A DNA stretch of 64,000 bases from an uncultured bacterium (GTDB taxonomy: Bacteria; Patescibacteriota; Minisyncoccia; Phycocordibacterales; PALSA-1337): contig CAIQIZ010000028.1 in assembly GCA_903872035.1 (NCBI GenBank), forward strand, positions 24,038 through 88,037, in the 5' to 3' direction. Below, piece by piece: positions 54,638 to 64,000 of this stretch. Position 1 is the stretch's first letter. Every line of letters starts with the position of its first letter. Made by a program: the position numbers and the translations under genes. Under the pieces are notes generated by a model. The model ran no database searches. It had not been told where the DNA came from and worked only from the letters and a program-made list of their open reading frames with translations.

Positions 54638-56167
54638 CTACCTCGCAAACTCCATAGTTCTAGTCTCGCGAATGACGATAACCTTTATTTCACCAGGATA
54701 TTTGAGGTCCTTCTCGATTTTTACCGCGATGTTGCGAGCCAATTCTTTGGCTTCAACGTCAGTGATCACGTCAGGTTTGACGAAGACGCGGATCTCGCGG
54801 CCAGCTTGAAGGGCATAAGACTTCTCGATGCCAGGGAAGGAATTGGCGGTAGCTTCAAGGTCGCCGAGGCGCTTCAGGTAATTCTCGATATTGTCGCGGC
54901 GAGCACCAGGACGAGCGCCGGAAATGGCGTCGGCAGTCTGAACGATACGGGATTCGACGGTTTCGTAAGGATACTCCTCATGATGTGATTGCATAGCCTT
55001 CACTATATCTTCGGAAGCACCGAACTTTTGCAGAATACGACGACCGATCTCAACGTGAGTACCGGCAACTTCATGATCTAGAGCTTTGCCGAGATCGTGT
55101 AGAAGGGCACCGGCTTTGGCTACTTGGACGTTGGCTCCCAATTCTTCAGCGATCATTCCAGCGATATGGGCCATTTCAATTGAGTGTTGGAGGACATTCT
55201 GGCCGAAGCTGGTGCGGAAATGTAGGCGACCGAGAATGAGGAGAATACGTGGATCGAGACCGATGATGCCACATTCGTAAGCGGCAGCCTCACCCTTTTC
55301 TTTTATGGTCTTGTTGATATCTTGTTTGGCTTTTTCTACGACCTGCTCGATCTTGGCGGGCTGTATGCGGCCATCTTTGATGAGCTCAAGCAATGCCAGG
55401 CGAGCCACATGACGTCTCACTGGATCAAATGAGGAAATCGTGATTGCGCCAGGTGTATCGTCCACCATGACTTCAACGCCAGTTATGCGTTCGAAGGCTT
55501 TGATATTTCGGCCTTCCTTGCCGATGATTTTTCCTTTAACATCATCACTAGGGATTTCCACGATAGTAGACATGACGTCCTGAGAAACAGACGAAGCTAG
55601 GCGCTGGATAGAGGTGGAAAGGATATCCTGAGCTTTTCTCTGAAGCATCTCCTCGCCGTGAGTTTCCAGCTTATTCATAAGCACCAAGAAGTCTTCCTCA
55701 CTCTGCTTTTCTATGAGTTTGATCAGTTGACCCTTGGCCTCCTCGGCGGAAAGCTTGGATATCTTCTCGAGCTCCTTTTTGCGGTCTTCTTCGAGTTTAT
55801 CGGCCTTTTCTCGGATAGCCTTGATCTCGACGACGCGCATCTTTATGAGCTCGACTTCCTTGTCGAGGTCTGATTGGCGTTTGTCTATGAGATCTTCACG
55901 TTTTACCAAGCGTTCTTCAGCTTGGCGATTTTTCTCCTCTTTTTCCCTTATCTCTTTTCTAGCTTGTTCGGCGATTTGACCTGTTTTGGCCTCGGCATCA
56001 GCGGTGATCTTCTTGGCCTCTTCTTTGGCAGCCAGAAGCATCTCCTTGATCTCGAGCTCCATTGAACCCTTCTTGCCAAGGGAAATGATCAATCTTAGGT
56101 AATAACCAATGGCGACGCCGACGACGCCGGCGATGGCCAGGAATAACGCGACTAATTTTAATGACAT
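54638..56167 (-). CDS. rny: Ribonuclease Y
   Basis: N-terminal TM, coiled coil, KH (KGKIIGKEGRNI), HD (LLHDLGKA), ADAISGARPGAR, QAGREIRV. Confidence 0.97.
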   Translation of the reverse strand: MSLKLVALFLAIAGVVGVAIGYYLRLIISLGKKGSMELEIKEMLLAAKEEAKKITADAEAKTGQIAEQARKEIREKEEKNRQAEERLVKREDLIDKRQSDLDKEVELIKMRVVEIKAIREKADKLEEDRKKELEKISKLSAEEAKGQLIKLIEKQSEEDFLVLMNKLETHGEEMLQRKAQDILSTSIQRLASSVSQDVMSTIVEIPSDDVKGKIIGKEGRNIKAFERITGVEVMVDDTPGAITISSFDPVRRHVARLALLELIKDGRIQPAKIEQVVEKAKQDINKTIKEKGEAAAYECGIIGLDPRILLILGRLHFRTSFGQNVLQHSIEMAHIAGMIAEELGANVQVAKAGALLHDLGKALDHEVAGTHVEIGRRILQKFGASEDIVKAMQSHHEEYPYETVESRIVQTADAISGARPGARRDNIENYLKRLGDLEATANSFPGIEKSYALQAGREIRVFVKPDVITDVEAKELARNIAVKIEKDLKYPGEIKVIVIRETRTMEFAR

Positions 56168-56373
56168 ATGCGGATGGACCCGCCTTTCCGACTATGGAGA
56201 TATGAACGTATGAGACGCTCTCTTTAAGATTCGAGGCTCTTTTCGGCCGTGAATGGCAATGGGACTGATTTTATAAAGAAGTTTCATAAGTAGGCTATCG
56301 CGATTGATCAGAAAAACGGAATCGAAATTAAATGGTTAACATTGGTAGCATACAATAGATGTGTGGGGGAGTG

Positions 56374-56503
56374 CAAGTTTCGTGAGAACATGTCACTTCT
56401 CGAGACACGGAGAAATTCTGCAGAATTTCTCCTAGTCCTCGACGATTTCTTGCTAGAAATCATCTGCGGAGTCTCTCGAAATGACATGTTCGCACGAAAC
56501 TTG
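56374..56503. repeat. Branched palindromic element upstream of rny
   Basis: Outer stem caagtttcgtgagaacatgtca/tgacatgttcgcacgaaacttg enclosing ggagaaattctgcagaatttctcc and gatttcttgctagaaatc. Confidence 0.75.
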
Positions 56504-56580
56504 TCGCTTGAATGGACAATAAGGTAATAAAAATGGCGACCCGCGGGGAGGTGCGGTGCGCCTGACGAACAATGTACTGA

Positions 56581-56907
56581 TTACCTGCTATTGGCAGACC
56601 AGAAGCTCTGATGGTCGGCACCTCTTACGACGATCGGTTTGTTGGGCATTGAAAGAAGAATGCCGACCAAAGCATCAGCCTCGTGGCGATTGGCGGAGTG
56701 GACGACTATGTAAGGCGCTTTCGCGTAAGCCATCAACGTGTGTGATATTGTTTGATGATGGCCCACGAGGATCGTGCCGCGTAGGATGCCATCTATCAAG
56801 TCGTCGCGACCAGGTATTTCGTCTAGTCTCTTCCTTAGGAAAGTTCTAACTATATCCTTCTTCTGTTCCGTTTCTTCTCCAAAACCAATAAAATGCAATT
56901 CCAGCAT
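56581..56907 (-). CDS. Hypothetical protein
   Basis: ORF from MLELHF with GAGAGGA upstream; no motif recognised. Confidence 0.45.
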   Translation of the reverse strand: MLELHFIGFGEETEQKKDIVRTFLRKRLDEIPGRDDLIDGILRGTILVGHHQTISHTLMAYAKAPYIVVHSANRHEADALVGILLSMPNKPIVVRGADHQSFWSANSR

Positions 56908-57054
56908 AGGTATCCTCTCATTCGTTTGGTTGACTGACCTTGCCAAAAACTAACATTTAATGTATATTGTGTCAATAACGAGCGACGAACCGATATGGTA
57001 CAGTAATCGTACAGATATTAGTTTAATTCAGAATAATTAATTCCAATCAATACC

Positions 57055-57639
57055 ATGCTTATACCAACCGTCATTGAGAAGTCTTCATTCGGCGAACGTG
57101 CCTACGATATCTATTCACGCCTCCTTAAAGAGAATCTTATTTTCTTGGGTGGACCGATAGACGATCATGTAGCTAACCTTATCATCGCTCAACTTCTATT
57201 TTTGCAGTCGGAAGATTCAAAGAAGGATATTTCGCTTTACATCAATTCTCCGGGCGGGTCAGTAACAGCGACCATGGCGATCATAGATACTATGCAGCAT
57301 ATCAAGAACGAGATTTCGACAGTCTGTGTCGGTATCGCCGCTTCTGGTGCGGCCTTAGTCCTCTCAGCTGGAACCAAAGGAAAGCGCAGAGCATTGCCGA
57401 ATGCTGAGGTCATGATCCATCAACCACTCGGAGGTGCAGAGGGTCAGGCTTCAGATATCGAGATTAGCGCAAAGCATATCCTGAAGACCCGCGCGATCCT
57501 AAATAAGATGTTGGCCAAGCATACCGGACAGCCGCTCTCACGTATCGAGAAGGACGTCGATCGTGACTTCTTCATGGATGCAGACGAAGCCAAGAAGTAT
57601 GGGATCATTGACGAAGTTGTAATTGGGAAGAAGATCTAG
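57055..57639 (+). CDS. clpP: ATP-dependent Clp protease proteolytic subunit
   Basis: [31 protein letters not shown]. Confidence 0.97.
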   Translation: MLIPTVIEKSSFGERAYDIYSRLLKENLIFLGGPIDDHVANLIIAQLLFLQSEDSKKDISLYINSPGGSVTATMAIIDTMQHIKNEISTVCVGIAASGAALVLSAGTKGKRRALPNAEVMIHQPLGGAEGQASDIEISAKHILKTRAILNKMLAKHTGQPLSRIEKDVDRDFFMDADEAKKYGIIDEVVIGKKI

Positions 57640-57704
57640 ATAATGGTCAATGAATAATGCTTAATGACTAATGTGCGGCTATCGAAGACAGTGATACAAC
57701 AAAT

Positions 57705-58457
57705 ATGAGACTTCATCGGTTCTACGTAAATCAGGAAATTGGAAATCAAACCGAACTCACGATCAACTCGGCTGAACTTGTTAATCAGGTTCGCCGGGTT
57801 TTTCGTTTGAAGCCGGGCGACTCGATCATCGTCTTCAATGGAACAGGGATCGACTACGAATGCAAGATTGACAATTACGGAGAGAAGAATACTATAATTA
57901 GCGATAGTGTTATCCGTCTCCTAGTCGCGAGTTCTAGTCCAAGTCGATTTATTCCGAAGAATAAATTGTTTTTATGCACAGCAATCGTTAAGAAAGATAC
58001 ATTCGAATGGATAACGGAGAAGGCGACTGAACTGGGGGTGACTGGCATTATTCCCATAGCTGCAGAGCGGAGCGAAAAGAAATCGCTGAACGAAGAGCGG
58101 CTACGGAAGATCGCCATCGAGGCCAGCGAACAGTCGGGACGCGGCACTACTCCTATGGTCTATTCGATCATGGGACCGGGGGAGGCGGTTGCACTTCTAA
58201 AAAAAGAAAAATCAGAAATTAAAATAGTGGCGTTTCACACGGAAGGGGAACTGTTTCGTAAGTCGGAAATCTTTGGAAAGTCGACTGATGTGGGGACGCT
58301 GGCGGTTTTCATAGGCCCAGAAGGCGGCTGGTCTCCGAGTGAGATAGAGATGTTTCACAAGCTAAACATCCCAGTCCGATGTCTTGGTTCGCAGGTTTTA
58401 CGTACAGAAACAGCCGTTATTGCTGCCCTCTCGCAGGTGGTGTTCGATAGTAAATAG
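57705..58457 (+). CDS. rsmE: 16S rRNA m3U1498 methyltransferase RsmE
   Basis: EKATELGV, EASEQSGR, IGPEGGWS, LRTETA. Confidence 0.95.
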   Translation: MRLHRFYVNQEIGNQTELTINSAELVNQVRRVFRLKPGDSIIVFNGTGIDYECKIDNYGEKNTIISDSVIRLLVASSSPSRFIPKNKLFLCTAIVKKDTFEWITEKATELGVTGIIPIAAERSEKKSLNEERLRKIAIEASEQSGRGTTPMVYSIMGPGEAVALLKKEKSEIKIVAFHTEGELFRKSEIFGKSTDVGTLAVFIGPEGGWSPSEIEMFHKLNIPVRCLGSQVLRTETAVIAALSQVVFDSK

Positions 58458-58481
58458 ATTTCATTCTCAAATTGTTTCACA

Positions 58482-59138
58482 TCAGCCTATCTTGATTCCC
58501 AAGACTTGCAGAACGTAGACGGATTGAGAATAGTCTATAGTTGTCCCCCTCAACTGCTCGATACCTATCCTTGCACCTTCTAGTTTTGAACCGCTCAGGT
58601 CGACGTTCTTGAATTTAGTTTGTGAAAACTCGGCATTGGTCAGGTCACAACTATTGAAAGAAACATTCTCCAATTCTGCGCCAAGGAAATCAGCTTCAGA
58701 CAAAATACAATTGTCAAAAATAACTTTGGTAAGTTTACAGAAACGAAAGTTGGCCAGATTTGCTTTACAGTTACGAAAAGTTACGTCAGTCAATTTTCCA
58801 TTGGAAACTCTCCACCCAGTAAGTCTTGCATCAACGATCTCGACTCTATGAAGTTGGGCGCTATCGAATAGGGCATTGGCGAAACTTGAATGTTTCACGA
58901 TGACGTCGATTAGCGAAGCTCCTTTAGCCTTGGCTGCGTCACATTTGGCATTTTCAATTATCGTTGATTCGATTTTAGCGTCCGTGAAATCAAAATCGCC
59001 CACATTCAAATCTTTGATGTGGAGCGATTCTATATCTGACAGATTTCTAATTTCTCCTCCTACCGCATCCCCGATCTGGTCTCGGTGGATGATCGGCAAT
59101 CTCGGCTTTGAACCTTTCGATTTTTGACTATTCGACAT
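58482..59138 (-). CDS. Pentapeptide repeat protein (Qnr/MfpA-like architecture)
   Basis: Continuous [A/C/V]xF/Lxx pentapeptides (ANFRF, CKLTK, ADFLG, CDLTN, AEFSQ); ends LGIKIG. Confidence 0.88.
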   Translation of the reverse strand: MSNSQKSKGSKPRLPIIHRDQIGDAVGGEIRNLSDIESLHIKDLNVGDFDFTDAKIESTIIENAKCDAAKAKGASLIDVIVKHSSFANALFDSAQLHRVEIVDARLTGWRVSNGKLTDVTFRNCKANLANFRFCKLTKVIFDNCILSEADFLGAELENVSFNSCDLTNAEFSQTKFKNVDLSGSKLEGARIGIEQLRGTTIDYSQSVYVLQVLGIKIG

Positions 59139-59142
59139 TCAA

Positions 59143-60279
59143 TTATTTTCCACTTTCCAAAAACTGGAATACTTTCTCGTTAGTCAAAACAGTTTCAGCA
59201 TACACAGCTGCTCTTTCGCGATCGGCTTCTTTGTAGTGTTCGACGATATGATCTACTTCGGCCTCAATCTCTTTCTGATCAGGCTGGATCTTCTCGGTAA
59301 CAGCTATCGAATTTAAGATCAATTGAAGCTTGGCTTTTTTCTCCGCATGTGGTCTCCATTCTTTGCGGATCTCCTCAAGCGACTTTTTGGCATGTTTCAA
59401 GTAATCTTCCATCTTCACGCCCATACGTTCGATGTCTTGTTCGAATTGCACTTGAGTCCGATTGAGTTCGGTTTCGATCATGATATCGGGTAATTCGATT
59501 TTGGTCGCTTCTGTGATAGCGTCAGCGATACGTAGACGAGATTTTTCCCTGGCTTCATCTTTCTTGTTCTCGCCGATCATGACGCGGACTTTCTTTTTGA
59601 AGTCTTCAATATCCGTAAAGTCGCTGCCCAAACCGCGGACGAATTCGTCATTGAATTCTGGTAACGAATCCATGATAGCCTTCTCATGTTCCTCGGCAGA
59701 CATTTTTGCGTGGTCATGACCTTCATGGGAGGCACGGGATTTGCGCAGTCGAAGTATAGCCTCGTCTACATCCTTGTCAGTCACTTCCAATTCTTTCGGT
59801 GCAGATTTCTTCACGGCCTGTGCAGCCAGCTTCTTGTAATCCGGAAGCTTTACGTCCGGGATTATGGATGTAGTGGCTTTGAATTCTAGAGGATTGCCGC
59901 TGGCTAGCTTGGTGATGGTCACTTGTGGCTTGCCTATAGCATCGATCTTGTTCTCAATGAGAATCTCTACGTATGCTCGCGAAAGCGCCATCTCGGCCAT
60001 TTCTTCATTTACTGCCGCCTCTCCGACTTTGGCAACTAAGACGTTCTCCGGGATCATGCCTTTGCGGAAGCCGTCTATCGTTATAGACTCATTGATATTC
60101 TTTATTGCTTCCTTGCGGTATTTTTCCCAGGTCTCTGAGGGGATGGTCCCAACGATCTCAACTTTGGATCCGTCGAGTTTATTAATAGTTGCCGAGCTGA
60201 AGGACTTGTTAGATGCCGCTTGAGCTGCGGTGGGAGCGGTGGGCGTATTGGCCGGCTCCTGTGGATTTGAGTTGGTCAT
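59143..60279 (-). CDS. tig: Trigger factor lacking the FKBP/PPIase domain
   Basis: GFRKG ribosome-binding signature; VTDKDVD joined to LPEFNDEF by ~35 residues; start at MTNSNP. Confidence 0.9.
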   Translation of the reverse strand: MTNSNPQEPANTPTAPTAAQAASNKSFSSATINKLDGSKVEIVGTIPSETWEKYRKEAIKNINESITIDGFRKGMIPENVLVAKVGEAAVNEEMAEMALSRAYVEILIENKIDAIGKPQVTITKLASGNPLEFKATTSIIPDVKLPDYKKLAAQAVKKSAPKELEVTDKDVDEAILRLRKSRASHEGHDHAKMSAEEHEKAIMDSLPEFNDEFVRGLGSDFTDIEDFKKKVRVMIGENKKDEAREKSRLRIADAITEATKIELPDIMIETELNRTQVQFEQDIERMGVKMEDYLKHAKKSLEEIRKEWRPHAEKKAKLQLILNSIAVTEKIQPDQKEIEAEVDHIVEHYKEADRERAAVYAETVLTNEKVFQFLESGK

Positions 60280-60422
60280 GAAAAGCAGTCTACAAGAAGA
60301 AGGGGTAAGGAGCAAGCAGGGCGGAGCAAGGAGCGAGGAGGAATAACTACGAAAAAAAGAGAGCCAAATGACCCTCCTTTTAATTTGCGATTCTCCTTGC
60401 TTCTTACTCCTTGTTTCCTGCC

Positions 60423-60767
60423 TTAGAAATTCTGTTGATCCAATCCCTTTGTCGAAGCATTTAGGTCTGATTGCAGGGAAGCTGGGTCATCAGCCTTATT
60501 GGTCACCGGTTGGACCGAGGTAGGTGTTTCAACTGGTGCATTCATGGCGGTAGCGGGAGAGTCGCTTGGAACAGCCTCGGTATTCATCCGTGAAGCAATG
60601 AAATACAGTACGGCGATGATCAGTATAAGAACGATGACCAGGGTCGTGACTATAGGCCCGACTTTCTTTGGAGTCTTAACGGATACAGTTGGATTCATCG
60701 AAGTAATAGGCGCGACGGCTGGTGTCGGTGGTGTGACGATTGTAGGGTTTTGTCTATTTGGTTCCAT
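60423..60767 (-). CDS. Small single-pass membrane protein
   Basis: VGPIVTTLVIVLILIIAVLYF TM segment. Confidence 0.7.
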   Translation of the reverse strand: MEPNRQNPTIVTPPTPAVAPITSMNPTVSVKTPKKVGPIVTTLVIVLILIIAVLYFIASRMNTEAVPSDSPATAMNAPVETPTSVQPVTNKADDPASLQSDLNASTKGLDQQNF

Positions 60768-60794
60768 GCTATTTGTTATTAGATTTTAATAATA

Positions 60795-61748
60795 TTAAGG
60801 GGTACTTGTGGCTGTTGTAGTAGATGTTGTTGAATTCGTGCTTGTGGCAGTAATCGTTCCGTCTTGGCCGACTTTGAATCCCATGGAATGAGCAATAGCT
60901 ACTACAACATCATTCAGGGCTTTTTTAGCATCGCCGATGGCCTTTATGGCAGCTGCGCCGACTTGGCGGGGCTTACCCAGATCGATAGAACTGGATGTTG
61001 TGGAAGCTGTGTCTGTCGTCGAGGCGGTGATGGGCTTGAGATTGGTTAGGGTGTCGATGGCGGTTTTAGCAGCGGCTAGCTTGGCATCCGCTGTGATGAG
61101 CAAGGCTTTGGCGTTCGTCATGTCCCTTCCGTTTGTTTCAGCTTTGGTAATACGTTCGGCGATGCGTCCTCGAACTTGGCTCAAGTTGGTCAAGGCTTGA
61201 TTTAATTGGGAGATCAGATGATTCTTCTGCTGGTCGTAAATATCCTTACGGACTTTTGGCAGGTTTTTTGTCGCTTGGTCGCCACGATCGGTTGTAGAAG
61301 CATTAGGCCGTTGTTCGATCGTACCATGACCGTTTCCAAGGACGGGGCCTCTATTCGGCTTGCCTATACCTTCAGTAGGTCCGCGTCTGTCGGTTGTGCT
61401 GGCAGTTGTGCTGGCCAAACCCCTTCTAAGTTTATCGCCATTAATTGGTCCAGGATGATAACCTGTAGTGGTTGAAGATGTTGTTGAAGCCAGTCTCATA
61501 AAGTGCGTTCCCAGGGCATTGTTCCTGATATTTTGGTTGTTCTTGATGTTCTCATCCCTCGCCTTTAGATTATTGACTATACGGTCGCGCATAGTGCCTA
61601 CGCCTGGAGTTCCTGGCCCGTTGTCCAGTGAAGCACCGATGCCAGTAGCAGCGCCGGTGTCCATGAGCGTCTGGGAATGACTCACCGCCGGAATGGCGAG
61701 TATGAGCGCCAAAGCGGTAATTCCGTAGAAATAATGAGATATTTTCAT
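60795..61748 (-). CDS. Secreted helical/Thr-rich hypothetical protein
   Basis: Signal peptide; ASTT repeats; coiled-coil C-terminal half. Confidence 0.7.
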   Translation of the reverse strand: MKISHYFYGITALALILAIPAVSHSQTLMDTGAATGIGASLDNGPGTPGVGTMRDRIVNNLKARDENIKNNQNIRNNALGTHFMRLASTTSSTTTGYHPGPINGDKLRRGLASTTASTTDRRGPTEGIGKPNRGPVLGNGHGTIEQRPNASTTDRGDQATKNLPKVRKDIYDQQKNHLISQLNQALTNLSQVRGRIAERITKAETNGRDMTNAKALLITADAKLAAAKTAIDTLTNLKPITASTTDTASTTSSSIDLGKPRQVGAAAIKAIGDAKKALNDVVVAIAHSMGFKVGQDGTITATSTNSTTSTTTATSTP

Positions 61749-61883
61749 AGTTCAGTTAGAAATTATGTAGATTAAGCCACGCTTGGTGGTGGCGTCAATT
61801 ATAGCATAGCGATAGAAAAAGCCTCTGGGAGTTGGCTGACCAGCAACCTGATCATGTAGTTTGTAGAAGTTCCGAGGTTTTTC

Positions 61884-63320
61884 TTATTTATTAAACATTC
61901 CCAAAAGCATTTGCCAGATAGAAGACGGTGAATCCCAGGCCTGTATCACATTAGCGGAATTCGGAGAAGTTGTAGGACTTGGTCTGGAAGTTGTCGTTGG
62001 GGTAGGTTGTGTTGAAGCTGTCGGAGTTGGTGAGACTGGTGCGGAAGCTGTTGGCGTGGTTGCCGGTTTAACTACCGGGGACGTGTTTAGAGTTGGGGTC
62101 GGATTTGGTAACTGGGAAAATGTTGAACCGGACCTATAGTATATTGGTGCTGAGGTTTGCGTTGGAATAGGTGTGTATGAAGGTAGCGGGTTTGAAGATG
62201 TGGTTACGTATGGAGAGTAGGTTGGAGTTGGCGACGAAGTGGACTGAGCTTTGAGATCACTCTTGTAACGAGCCATAGCCGCCACTGTTGATGGTCCGTA
62301 ATATCCAGTGTTATTATCTATTCCCAAATATCCCATTTGAATCAAATAATTCTGCAAAGTGACAATATCAGATCCAGTAGAACCTGGCACGAGAAAGAAT
62401 AGATTCGTTGGAATTTGAGTAAATGTGGTTCTGGCTTGTTGATTCGAAACTGGAGATGCTGTTGGTGTGGGGGATGAAGTTTGGTTCGGAGTCGATGTTG
62501 TTATGGGAATTTGCTGGATAGGAACTATCGGTAAAGGCGTGGAAAAAGCCGGGGTAGTAGTCGTTTCTACTGATATAACATAAGCAGTGTATTGGTAACT
62601 TTGTTTATCTGCACTGGGGGTGATATCTACCGTTGTCCCCCCTTTCATTATTATGTAGAAATTATCAGATAAAGCACTTTTTCCATTAATCAAGAACGAG
62701 ACGTTTGATTGACTTATGTAATTGCCTGAAGCTATGTCCTCTCCTTTTCCGTTGAATGTAAATTTAATCAAGAAATTTTGAGCTGGATCAAGATCGGCGA
62801 ACAGCCTAATCCGAGTATCGGCGTCAGTGGTGTGCTTCTGGATCGTCATATTATCAGGATTTGATATGGGATAATAAATAAGGTGTTCGTGTCGGTAATT
62901 ATCAATACCAAATGGTGGGACCGGATAGGTCCTAGGTGCCGGTGCCTTAGCGCCTGTATATATGGTGCTCGCTTCTCCATTCTGAATCGGAGGCCAAGGT
63001 TCTTTTGGATAGGTTGTGTTCGTAGAAACAGTTGAAATTCCATATCTCTTGATGTAATCATCCCCATACAAAGTATTGCTACTACCAGTCCCGCCGTCTT
63101 GTTCAGTCCATTTTTGTTTTTGCGTGATTGAATTTTGTATGATGACGCAAGGATTGGCGTTTGGTTGACACGTCGTCCAAGTCTTATCGGTACTAGTGAA
63201 GTATGTTGGAATGATCTGGGGTCCGGTATATGTTTGGGCGGAAGAACTATAAGGATGTGATAGCAAAAAAACAATCGTGCTGAGAATCAGTGCGCTAGGG
63301 AGAGAGAAGTGTATTTTCAT
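61884..63320 (-). CDS. Secreted protein with PG-binding-like domain and Pro/Thr-rich tail
   Basis: Start at MKIHFS; LVPGSTGSDIVTLQNYL...TGYYGPSTVAAMARY. Confidence 0.75.
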   Translation of the reverse strand: MKIHFSLPSALILSTIVFLLSHPYSSSAQTYTGPQIIPTYFTSTDKTWTTCQPNANPCVIIQNSITQKQKWTEQDGGTGSSNTLYGDDYIKRYGISTVSTNTTYPKEPWPPIQNGEASTIYTGAKAPAPRTYPVPPFGIDNYRHEHLIYYPISNPDNMTIQKHTTDADTRIRLFADLDPAQNFLIKFTFNGKGEDIASGNYISQSNVSFLINGKSALSDNFYIIMKGGTTVDITPSADKQSYQYTAYVISVETTTTPAFSTPLPIVPIQQIPITTSTPNQTSSPTPTASPVSNQQARTTFTQIPTNLFFLVPGSTGSDIVTLQNYLIQMGYLGIDNNTGYYGPSTVAAMARYKSDLKAQSTSSPTPTYSPYVTTSSNPLPSYTPIPTQTSAPIYYRSGSTFSQLPNPTPTLNTSPVVKPATTPTASAPVSPTPTASTQPTPTTTSRPSPTTSPNSANVIQAWDSPSSIWQMLLGMFNK

Positions 63321-63405
63321 TTTTTGAGCATAAGCTAATAATTCTTGAGCATATTTTACCATGTTTCTGGCAAGTGGGTAATTATGAAAGCTTCGTAGGT
63401 TGATT

Positions 63406-63475
63406 GAAGGCGAAAGAAATCCTGCTGTTTGAGCGCTGTGGGCCAGCGGCAAACGGCAGGATTTCTAGAGCCTTT
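63406..63475. repeat. Hairpin family 2, copy 6
   Basis: gaaggcgaaagaaatcctgctgtttgagcgctgtgggccagcggcaaacggcaggatttctagagccttt. Confidence 0.85.
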
Positions 63476-63487
63476 AGTAAGTTTTGA

Positions 63488-64000
63488 TTATTTGATAAGG
63501 AAAGCGACGATGAGCAACGCCACGATGTTCAATATCTTGATCATCGGATTGATGGCCGGACCGGCAGTGTCCTTGTAAGGATCTCCGACGGTATCGCCAG
63601 TAACAGCAGCTTTGTGAGCGTCTGAACCCTTACCGCCATGAGCACCTCCTTCGATGTGTTTCTTGGCATTGTCCCAAGCTCCGCCACCGGAAGTCATGGA
63701 GATGGCCACGAATAAGCCGGTGACTATGGAACCGACAAGCAAGCCGCCGAGAGCGACAGGACCGAGGATGAAGCCGACTACTATTGGCGCAAGTACTGGA
63801 ATGAGTGCTGGCAGGATCATTTCTTTGATAGCGGCTGAAGTGACGATGTCTACACAGCGAGCGTAATCAGGCTTGGCAGTGCCTTGCATGATGCCTTTGA
63901 TCTCGCGGAATTGGCGGCGAACTTCCTCGACGACTTTACCAGCGGCTTTGCCAACAGCTTCCATGGAAAGGGCGGCGAAGTAATAGGGGAGAAGGCCTCC
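63488..64000 (-). CDS. hppA: Membrane-bound H+/Na+-translocating pyrophosphatase, C-terminal part
   Basis: [10 protein letters not shown] and [17 protein letters not shown] signatures; runs off the window end. Confidence 0.95.
   Translation of the reverse strand, partial: GGLLPYYFAALSMEAVGKAAGKVVEEVRRQFREIKGIMQGTAKPDYARCVDIVTSAAIKEMILPALIPVLAPIVVGFILGPVALGGLLVGSIVTGLFVAISMTSGGGAWDNAKKHIEGGAHGGKGSDAHKAAVTGDTVGDPYKDTAGPAINPMIKILNIVALLIVAFLIK

Overview
A 64 kb chromosomal segment spanning the replication origin of a small-genome bacterium, most likely Patescibacteria/CPR (Parcubacteria-like). This placement is inferred from gene content and style; TGA acts as a stop, so standard code 11. The window holds the rpmH-rnpA-yidC / dnaA-dnaN origin region with DnaA boxes and DnaA-trios, many housekeeping genes (polA, holA, tsaE, ruvB/ruvC, pbp1A, rsmA, uvrD, comM, pnp, rpsO, xer, xth, cca, hup, rny, clpP, rsmE, tig, hppA), a relaxase-free VirB4/VirB6/PrgI/pilin T4SS-like cluster, four CCA-less tRNAs, a parS cluster inside cca, and an HTH-Doc toxin-antitoxin pair. 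The most unusual signals are non-coding: (i) a promoter-driven, ~400 nt multi-hairpin region with no long ORF (46985-47385), a candidate large ncRNA; (ii) a promoter-driven 6S-like rod RNA divergent from ruvB; (iii) an ~81 bp hairpin element in 4 copies bounded by 6 bp direct repeats, 3 of them abutting -10 boxes; (iv) a second hairpin family in 6 copies with a conserved CTG-TGGGC-CAG apex and compensatory stem changes; (v) 25 bp-periodic AGGTNNNACCT arrays, heptamer arrays and a palindrome, some inside conserved genes; (vi) frequent leaderless-type gene starts. All calls come from reading the sequence; no database searches were run.
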